Origin: Candidatus Nomurabacteria bacterium
GTDB taxonomy: Bacteria > Patescibacteriota > Saccharimonadia > Saccharimonadales > JAGQNJ01
Assembly (NCBI GenBank): GCA_023898625.1
Contig: CP060231.1
Span: 737,890-801,889, forward strand
Length of the DNA: 64,000 bases
Reading direction: 5' to 3'
In this document: positions 57,737-64,000 of the stretch, piece by piece
Position numbering within the stretch: the first letter of the stretch is position 1
How the letters are laid out: every line of letters begins with the position of its first letter
Notes under the pieces: model-generated
Database searches by the model: none
The model's input: only the letters and a program-made list of their open reading frames with translations
Told to the model about the DNA's origin: nothing
Position numbers and translations under genes: made by a program

Positions 57737-58165
57737 ATGATTAAGGATGATTTTAAAATACAAGATCTAGATATTCCTGTTTCAATACAGGATTTTCAGG
57801 ATGTGGCCATAAATATTGGGAGCGAGAAAGGTATCGGAACCAGACTATTTAGAGATATTAGCTTGAGAGGGTCGCTTTATCCAATTGCTTTAAAGACAAA
57901 ACAAGGCGAACATTTAACTTTTGATGAACAAAGAAAGCTAGAACAATACGGGAGTGACTACCTTGAAATTCACTATTTTGGAGATGACGCCACAGACCCA
58001 AGCAATCTGTCGTTAAATGGACTGAATAGATTATTAAGTAGCGGTATGCTCGAAGGCGTTATGTCGACAACTAACAAGAGATATCAAGTAAGAAAACAAA
58101 TATTAGACGAAGTAATCTCTAGCAAATCAGTAGTAAAGACACACCAACCCGACGATGTAGAATAA
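57737..58165 (+). CDS. Hypothetical protein (142 aa) between rpsJ and rplC
   Basis: The ATG at 57737 lies 6 nt after TATAAT (57725-57730). No domain recognised. Confidence 0.5.
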   Translation: MIKDDFKIQDLDIPVSIQDFQDVAINIGSEKGIGTRLFRDISLRGSLYPIALKTKQGEHLTFDEQRKLEQYGSDYLEIHYFGDDATDPSNLSLNGLNRLLSSGMLEGVMSTTNKRYQVRKQILDEVISSKSVVKTHQPDDVE

Positions 58166-58317
58166 ACAACATATTGACAGAGGTATAGGTAATCTGTTAA
58201 TCTGTTATGGTATATTTTCAATTACTTGGTGTATACTCGTAAGTTCATGTCAATGAATACTGCAATATGCCAAGGATTTTTATGTCAAATAATCGGTAAA
58301 GAAATAATAGGAGAACT

Positions 58318-58929
58318 ATGAAAGCATTAATTACTAGAAAGGTAGGCATGACAAGCATTATTGGTGAAGATGGTGTCTTGCAAGCAGTTACCTTGCTTTC
58401 CGCTAGTCCGAATGTCGTTACTCAAATAAAGTCTATTGAGAGTGATGGGTATATGGCAGTTCAGCTTGGTTTTGAAGAAGGTAAGAATCTCTCCAAACAA
58501 GTAGCTGGACACGTTAAAAAGGCGGGGGTAACACCAAAGAAAATTCGTGAATTTCGAATTGATGAAGTATCAGAAGATCTAGTAGTCGGTAGTAAAGTAA
58601 CTGCCGACTCTTTTGTTGCAGGTGATACAGTTGATGTGGTGGGAACTAGCAAGGGTAAAGGCTTTGCTGGAACAATCAAACGACATAACTTCCACCGTGG
58701 ACGGAAGACTCATGGTGGAAGAAGCTACAGAAGGCCTGGATCAATCGGCTCTATGTACCCTCAGAAGATTTTCAAAGGCAAGAAAATGGCTGGTCAAATG
58801 GGCGCCGAAAGAGTAACTGTCAAGAATCTTAAAGTAGCATTCGTGGATACTGATCTGAATATTATTGCAGTGGCTGGTGCTGTTCCGGGTCCAAGAAAAG
58901 GTCTAGTACTTATAAAGGAGGCTAAGTAA
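58318..58929 (+). CDS. rplC: 50S ribosomal protein L3
   Basis: 203 aa with GTSKGKGFAG.IKRHNF and GS.G....P.KIFKGKKMAG.MG. Confidence 0.95.
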   Translation: MKALITRKVGMTSIIGEDGVLQAVTLLSASPNVVTQIKSIESDGYMAVQLGFEEGKNLSKQVAGHVKKAGVTPKKIREFRIDEVSEDLVVGSKVTADSFVAGDTVDVVGTSKGKGFAGTIKRHNFHRGRKTHGGRSYRRPGSIGSMYPQKIFKGKKMAGQMGAERVTVKNLKVAFVDTDLNIIAVAGAVPGPRKGLVLIKEAK

Positions 58930-59561
58930 TGAGCGTCCCAACATATACCAAGACTGGAAATAAGGCAACTACAACACAAACTTTAAATAAAGCAATTTTT
59001 GGGCTTAAGGTTGAAAGTCATGATTTATTAAAACAAGCTTATCATGCTTACCTAGCAAATGGGCGTGCTAACCTTGCTGTAACCAAGACTCGTGGATTAG
59101 TGCGTGGTGGTGGACGCAAACCTTGGAAGCAAAAAGGAACTGGACGTGCTCGTTTTGGATCAATCAGAAACCCTATTTGGCGAGGCGGTGGTATTGTATT
59201 TGGTCCTACTGGTCAAGAAAATTACACCCATACTCTAAACACCCAGTCAAAGCGAACTGCTATTAAACAAGCATTGAGCTTACAGAACAGCCAAATAAAA
59301 GTTATCGAAACATTTGAGTCAAAAGATGGAAAGACAAACGAAACTGCCAAGTTGCTTGCAAAACTCGGAGCAGAAAGAAGAATATTGCTAGTTGTTGACA
59401 ACAAGAACGATTTAGTAGAGCGTGCCACTCGTAATATATCGAACTTGTTAGTAGTGCAGGCTAAGTATTTGAATGTTTTTGATATCTTAAATGCTGATTC
59501 TATTCTTATCACAAAAGAATCATTGAAGATTATTGATGAGTGGCTTGGAGGTGATAAATAA
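58929..59561 (+). CDS. rplD: 50S ribosomal protein L4
   Basis: 210 aa with GGGRKPWKQKGTGRAR.GS.R.P.W.GGG. Its start overlaps the rplC stop. Confidence 0.95.
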   Translation: MSVPTYTKTGNKATTTQTLNKAIFGLKVESHDLLKQAYHAYLANGRANLAVTKTRGLVRGGGRKPWKQKGTGRARFGSIRNPIWRGGGIVFGPTGQENYTHTLNTQSKRTAIKQALSLQNSQIKVIETFESKDGKTNETAKLLAKLGAERRILLVVDNKNDLVERATRNISNLLVVQAKYLNVFDILNADSILITKESLKIIDEWLGGDK

Positions 59562-59920
59562 TGAGTAAATTTATGACGCTAAAACCACGAATGAGTGAGA
59601 AAGCCTATGCATTAAGCCTTACATTAAATACTTATGTATTCAATGTGCCGATGACTGCAAATAAACTTACGGTGGCTAAAGCTGTCGAGTCGCAATTTGA
59701 TGTAGTGGTGGATGATGTAAAAATCGCGATCGTTAAGGGCAAGGCAAAGAAATCGTACCAGAAGCGTAATCGTCCAGTAGATGGTCAGCGCGCAAAGGTC
59801 AAAAAGGCATATGTTAGGTTAGCTGAAGGAAGCTCAATTAATTTATTCGGTGATGAAGAAGATTCAAAGAAAAGTACGAAATCAAAGAAGGATTCATCAA
59901 AGAAAAAGGAGTCTAAATAA
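59561..59920 (+). CDS. rplW: 50S ribosomal protein L23 with a Lys-rich C-terminal tail
   Basis: 119 aa with an L23 core (ITEKAY-like SEKAY...FNVPMTANK..VAKAVE.QF.V.V..V), in the conserved operon position. Confidence 0.9.
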   Translation: MSKFMTLKPRMSEKAYALSLTLNTYVFNVPMTANKLTVAKAVESQFDVVVDDVKIAIVKGKAKKSYQKRNRPVDGQRAKVKKAYVRLAEGSSINLFGDEEDSKKSTKSKKDSSKKKESK

Positions 59921-60777
59921 TGTCAGTTACATTGTATAAGCCAACAACTCCAGCACGTCGTGGAATGACTACGCGCGATTTTAGTGAGGTTACCTCAAAG
60001 AGCCGGCCTGTAAAATCACTTATCGCCAAGCGTAAGCAAAATAGTGGACGAAATAATCAGGGTAGGATTACTGTGCGTCATCGCGGTGGTGGTGCGCGAC
60101 GATTTTATCGCATCCTAAACTTTAAACTAGCCCCTGGTACGACTGCTACGATTGAGGCTATTGAATATGACCCAAATCGTTCTGCCAATATTGCTCGAAT
60201 TAAAGATAGTAACAATAAGTATCATTATATTTTAGCCGCAAGTGGTATGTCGGTGGGTCAGAAGATTGAATCAAACGAGGAAACGCCCATAGAAGTCGGC
60301 AATCGTTTACCATTAAAGAATATACCAGTAGGAAGTACTATTCATGCAATTGAAATGCAACTGGGTAAAGGCGCTCAAATGGTAAGAAGTGCTGGAACGA
60401 GTGCACAACTTTCAGCTAAAGAAGGTGAATATGCATTAATTAAGTTGCCAAGTGGCGAAGTCAGAAAAGTTAATATTGACTGCACAGCAAGTCTTGGGGT
60501 AGTTGGCAATGTCCAACACCAAAACGTCAAGATTGGTTCAGCTGGACGAAAGCGTCATTTAGGATTTAGGCCAACTGTTCGTGGTGTGGTTATGAATGCC
60601 GTAGATCACCCACATGGCGGTGGAGATGGTGGCCGTCATGGTATTGGTGGTGGCAAGAATCATGGTGCAGCACCTCGTACGCCTTGGGGTCAGAAAACTC
60701 TTGGTTACAAAACTCGACGTCGTAAGAGTAGTAACAAGATGATTGTGCGAAGTCGTCATGAAAGTAAAAGAAGGTAA
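59920..60777 (+). CDS. rplB: 50S ribosomal protein L2
   Basis: 285 aa with GRNN.GRIT.RHRGGG and VMNAVDHPHGGG.G. Confidence 0.97.
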   Translation: MSVTLYKPTTPARRGMTTRDFSEVTSKSRPVKSLIAKRKQNSGRNNQGRITVRHRGGGARRFYRILNFKLAPGTTATIEAIEYDPNRSANIARIKDSNNKYHYILAASGMSVGQKIESNEETPIEVGNRLPLKNIPVGSTIHAIEMQLGKGAQMVRSAGTSAQLSAKEGEYALIKLPSGEVRKVNIDCTASLGVVGNVQHQNVKIGSAGRKRHLGFRPTVRGVVMNAVDHPHGGGDGGRHGIGGGKNHGAAPRTPWGQKTLGYKTRRRKSSNKMIVRSRHESKRR

Positions 60778-60790
60778 GTAGGAAGAAATT

Positions 60791-61066
60791 ATGAGTCGAT
60801 CACTAAAAAAAGGACCATTCGTAGATCCAAAATTGGCGAAAAAAGTCAGTGCATTGGGATCTGAAGACCGAACAATCATTAAGACATGGGCGCGAAGCTC
60901 AACAATTGCTCCTGAGTTTGTTGGCAAGACAATTGCAGTTCATAACGGTAAAGTTCATGTTCCAGTTTTTATTACAGAAAATATGGTTGGTCACAAACTT
61001 GGAGAATTTTCACCTACTCGTAAATTCCGCAGTCATGGTGGTAAGCTGGCGAAAGGTGGCAAATAG
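60791..61066 (+). CDS. rpsS: 30S ribosomal protein S19
   Basis: 91 aa with [11 protein letters not shown] and [32 protein letters not shown]. Confidence 0.97.
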   Translation: MSRSLKKGPFVDPKLAKKVSALGSEDRTIIKTWARSSTIAPEFVGKTIAVHNGKVHVPVFITENMVGHKLGEFSPTRKFRSHGGKLAKGGK

Positions 61067-61453
61067 ATGAGTGTTCAAGCTATAGCAAAAGGAGTACGCA
61101 TTAGCCCACGTAAAACTGGGGTTGTAGCCTCTTTGGTACGTGGTCGTAGTGTGAATGATGCGCTTGTTATCCTAGAGCATACTCCACGACGAAGCGCTTT
61201 GGCCGTCGCAAAAGTTATTAAGTCTGCACAAGCAAACGCTGAGAATAATCATAACTACAAGCCAGGCACATTGCGCATTACTGAGATTACCGTTACACCC
61301 GGGCCACGACTTAAGCGATACAAACCAGCTGCTCATGGTCGTGCATTACCTTTCCAGAAGAAATCTTCTCATATCAGAGTTTTAGTGGACGGTGACAAGA
61401 GACAGCCAAAGAAAGCTACCAAAGCATCAGCTGAGAAGAAGGAGGCAAAGTAA
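61067..61453 (+). CDS. rplV: 50S ribosomal protein L22
   Basis: 128 aa with RISPRK...VA.LVRG..V..AL.IL, in the conserved operon position. Confidence 0.95.
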   Translation: MSVQAIAKGVRISPRKTGVVASLVRGRSVNDALVILEHTPRRSALAVAKVIKSAQANAENNHNYKPGTLRITEITVTPGPRLKRYKPAAHGRALPFQKKSSHIRVLVDGDKRQPKKATKASAEKKEAK

Positions 61454-62082
61454 TGGGACAAAAAGTTAATCCAATTTCAATGCGATTGCAAGTCAATAAA
61501 GATTGGCGAAGTAAATGGTTTGTTGGCAAAAAAGACTATGCTACGTATCTGACACAAGATCTAAAGGTACGCAGAATGATTAGTGATAAGCTTGGATCTA
61601 GAGCTGCCATTAATAAAGTCGACATTGAACGATCACCTAATCTAGTAACAGTAACGTTATCAACGGCTAAAGCTGGTGTTGTTATTGGGCGAGGAGGTGC
61701 CGGTGCACAAGAATTAAAGTCTGCAATTGAGGCAATATATAAAGTACCGGTTAGAGTAAATATTGAAGAATTAAAAAAACCAGAACTTTATGCTAAGTTA
61801 GTAGCAGAGAATATCGCATTTCAGTTACAACGACGTATTTCATTTCGTCGTGCCATAAAGTCAACGGCCGCTTCTACTATGAGATCCGGGGCTAAGGGCA
61901 TTAGGATTGAAGTATCGGGTCGACTTAATGGTGCAGAGATGGCTAGAAGAGAAAAAGAGATTGCTGGAAGTGTACCATTACATACACTACGAGCAGATAT
62001 TGACTATGCTTATGTACCCGCTAAGACGCCGGCAGGCATTATTGGTGTAAAAGTCTGGATCTATAAAGGAGAGGTAGCTTAA
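61453..62082 (+). CDS. rpsC: 30S ribosomal protein S3
   Basis: 209 aa with MGQKVNP...R and a KH domain (VIGRGGAG...L). It ends [11 protein letters not shown]. Confidence 0.97.
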   Translation: MGQKVNPISMRLQVNKDWRSKWFVGKKDYATYLTQDLKVRRMISDKLGSRAAINKVDIERSPNLVTVTLSTAKAGVVIGRGGAGAQELKSAIEAIYKVPVRVNIEELKKPELYAKLVAENIAFQLQRRISFRRAIKSTAASTMRSGAKGIRIEVSGRLNGAEMARREKEIAGSVPLHTLRADIDYAYVPAKTPAGIIGVKVWIYKGEVA

Positions 62083-62084
62083 CC

Positions 62085-62498
62085 ATGTTGATGCCAAAAC
62101 GAACTAAATACCGCAGAGTCCGAGTTGGAAGGATGAAGGGTGTGGCTACCAGTGGTAACACAATTGCTTTCGGCCAATATGCACTACAATCTCAAGGCAT
62201 GGAACGTATTACATCCCGCCAGATAGAGGCGGCACGACAGGCCATGACACGCTACATTAAACGTGGCGGAAAGATTTGGATTCGCGTTTTTCCTCATACC
62301 CCTGTAACTCGTAAAGCTTTAGGAACAAAAATGGGTAGCGGTAAGGGTAGTCCTGATTTCTTTGTAGCAAAGGTAAAGCCCGGTACCATTTTGTTTGAAA
62401 TGCAAGGTGTTGATGAAGACATAGCACGCGAAGCTATGCGTCTTGCTGCACATAAGTTGCCAATTAAGACTAAGTTCCTTGTTAGAGAGGAAAACTAA
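62085..62498 (+). CDS. rplP: 50S ribosomal protein L16
   Basis: 137 aa with [11 protein letters not shown]...GR.KG and RMGSGKGSP-like [17 protein letters not shown]. Confidence 0.97.
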   Translation: MLMPKRTKYRRVRVGRMKGVATSGNTIAFGQYALQSQGMERITSRQIEAARQAMTRYIKRGGKIWIRVFPHTPVTRKALGTKMGSGKGSPDFFVAKVKPGTILFEMQGVDEDIAREAMRLAAHKLPIKTKFLVREEN

Positions 62499-62499
62499 T

Positions 62500-62700
62500 A
62501 TGAAGATTCAAGAAATAAGAAAGCTATCAACTACAGATTTAACCAAGCAAATTACCACGTTGCGTGAGGAAATCGCTTCATTACGACGCCAAATCGTATT
62601 GGGTGAAACTCAAAATTCTCGCGCAATAAGAAACAAACGTCGTGATTTAGCTAGGATGTTGACGGTCTTGAGTGAACAATTAATAAAGGAGGCTAAGTAG
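62500..62700 (+). CDS. rpmC: 50S ribosomal protein L29
   Basis: 66 aa. MKIQEIRKLSTTDLTKQITTLREE...LRRQ is the typical L29 pattern. The ORF-track start at 62443 overlaps rplP and is rejected. Confidence 0.9.
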   Translation: MKIQEIRKLSTTDLTKQITTLREEIASLRRQIVLGETQNSRAIRNKRRDLARMLTVLSEQLIKEAK

Positions 62701-62973
62701 ATGGCTAAGATCTTACAAGGCACAGTAACATCTGATCGACCAGATAAAACCATCGTCGTAACGATTGTTACACATAAAAGCCACCCACTATATAAAAAGC
62801 GATATATTTCTTCTCAAAAAGTTATGGCACATGACGAAAAGAACGAGGCAAAGATTGGTGATAAAGTTCAGATTTCTGAGACTCGACCATTGAGCGCCCG
62901 TAAACGTTATGAACTTAAGAAGATATTAGAGCGACCCACGTTGACTGATAAAGACGTAAAAGGAGAGGCGTAA
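62701..62973 (+). CDS. rpsQ: 30S ribosomal protein S17
   Basis: 90 aa with LQGTVTSD...KTIVV......HPLYKK and H.DE.N....GD.V.I.ETRPLS. Confidence 0.95.
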   Translation: MAKILQGTVTSDRPDKTIVVTIVTHKSHPLYKKRYISSQKVMAHDEKNEAKIGDKVQISETRPLSARKRYELKKILERPTLTDKDVKGEA

Positions 62974-63341
62974 TGATTCAACAAGAGTCTCGATTAAAAG
63001 TTTGTGATAACAGTGGCGCTAAGGAGATTCTGTGTATTCGTGTACTTGGTGGAACGCGAAGGCGCTATGCACGGATCGGAGATGTGATAGTTGCTACGGT
63101 TAAGGACGCAAGTCCAACTGGAAACGTCAAAAAGAAATCGGTTGTGCGCGCAGTTGTAGTACGTTCTAAGTATGTAATAAAACGTAAAGACGGTTCAACG
63201 ATTAAGTTTGACGATAACGCCGCGGTCATTATTGGTGAAGATAAGTTGCCGAAAGCTACGCGTATTTTTGGTCCAGTACCAAGAGAACTTCGCGACCAAG
63301 GTTATGCTAAGATTATCAGCCTAGCTCCGGAGGTACTTTAA
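62973..63341 (+). CDS. rplN: 50S ribosomal protein L14
   Basis: 122 aa with [25 protein letters not shown]. Confidence 0.97.
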   Translation: MIQQESRLKVCDNSGAKEILCIRVLGGTRRRYARIGDVIVATVKDASPTGNVKKKSVVRAVVVRSKYVIKRKDGSTIKFDDNAAVIIGEDKLPKATRIFGPVPRELRDQGYAKIISLAPEVL

Positions 63342-63342
63342 T

Positions 63343-63672
63343 ATGAAAATTGTTAGTAAAATTAGACTAGTTAAGGGTGATACAGTTATTGTTTTGAGTG
63401 GGAAAGACAAAGGAAAAACCGGAAAGGTTGTCTCTACTCATCCAACATTAAATGCAGTTACTGTAGAAGGTATTAATGTATATAAAAAACATCTAAAGCC
63501 AAACAAGCAACACCCACAGGGTGGAATCATTGATATTACAAAACCTATTCTTGTATCTAAGGTAGCAATACTGGAGCCGACAACCAAAAAACCTAGTCGT
63601 ATTGGTTATATCTTTGATAAAGACGGGAACCGTAAACGTATATATAAATCAACAAACAAGGAGATTAAGTAA
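63343..63672 (+). CDS. rplX: 50S ribosomal protein L24
   Basis: 109 aa with a KOW motif (VKGDTVIVLSGKDKGKTGKV). Confidence 0.95.
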   Translation: MKIVSKIRLVKGDTVIVLSGKDKGKTGKVVSTHPTLNAVTVEGINVYKKHLKPNKQHPQGGIIDITKPILVSKVAILEPTTKKPSRIGYIFDKDGNRKRIYKSTNKEIK

Positions 63673-64000
63673 TGGCAACATCTACTATGATTCCAAGACT
63701 AAAGAGTCAATATGATGACAAGTTTGTTGAAGAGCTAAAAAAAGAACTAAAGCTAAGCAATGTTAGTCAAGTTCCAAAGCTAGAGAAGATTGTCGTGAAT
63801 GTTGGTCTTGGTCGTGCTAAAGATGATAAGAGGCTCATGGAAGTAGCTACTACAACACTTAGAAAAATCACAGGACAAGAGCCAATTCAAACAACTGCCA
63901 AATTATCGATTGCCAGCTTTAAATTGCGAGAAGGCAATAAAATTGGCCTCAAGGTTACACTGCGAGGTGATAAAATGTATGAATTCCTTGATAGATTAAT
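63672..64000 (+). CDS. rplE: 50S ribosomal protein L5, N-terminal part (runs off the window)
   Basis: PRLKSQYDDKFVEELKKEL...VPKLEKIVVNVGLG. Its start overlaps the rplX stop (TAATG). Confidence 0.93.
   Translation, partial: MATSTMIPRLKSQYDDKFVEELKKELKLSNVSQVPKLEKIVVNVGLGRAKDDKRLMEVATTTLRKITGQEPIQTTAKLSIASFKLREGNKIGLKVTLRGDKMYEFLDRL

Noticed and set aside
1-64000. Alternative genetic code (UGA as a sense codon), as in some candidate phyla
   Set aside because: All conserved genes are full-length under the standard code, and several terminate at TGA at the expected positions (for example the transposase).

Overview
This is a 64-kb, AT-rich, tightly packed bacterial chromosome segment. I estimate the GC content at about 40% by eye, not by calculation. 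All long ORFs are intact under the standard code, so there is no sign of UGA recoding. I can support about 60 protein genes, one tRNA-Leu(UAG) and one IS481-like insertion sequence. I found no rRNA and no CRISPR array.

Positions 1-40 kb hold housekeeping genes: a galU fragment, a ytxG/ytxH-like trio, dnaE, a pilB-type ATPase, malic enzyme, rplS-rnhB-yraN, pepN, nusA, clpC, radA, a class A PBP, tyrS, recG, rsmD, hisS, tig and clpP. Accessory and surface genes are interspersed among them. These include a CAP-domain protein, two leucine-rich-repeat proteins carrying near-identical in-frame DNA repeats, and a tRNA-Leu-adjacent block with a methyltransferase, an HD protein and a secreted phosphoesterase.

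Positions 40-64 kb hold rpoB-rpoC and the str/S10/spc ribosomal superoperon (rpsL to rplE).

Most notable observations:
1. The ribosomal superoperon is interrupted by lineage-specific ORFs with no domains I recognise at four junctions that are normally tight: rpsG/fusA, fusA/tuf, tuf/rpsJ and rpsJ/rplC. The fusA/tuf gap is a 4-kb insert made of an IS element plus a three-gene cassette rich in acidic residues.
2. Canonical CIRCE (HrcA) operators sit on the promoters of clpC and clpP with identical architecture.
3. About 19 gene starts have a -10-like hexamer 6-9 nt upstream of the start codon. This implies pervasive leaderless mRNAs and helps to refine start codons.
4. The nusA leader carries an intrinsic-terminator-like attenuator.
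5. Three CTAG/CTA-rich genes (both LRR proteins and the transposase) look compositionally foreign.

Gene content and synteny suggest a small-genome Gram-positive-type or Patescibacteria (Saccharibacteria-like) organism. That is inference only. All homology calls come from motif recognition by eye, not from database searches.
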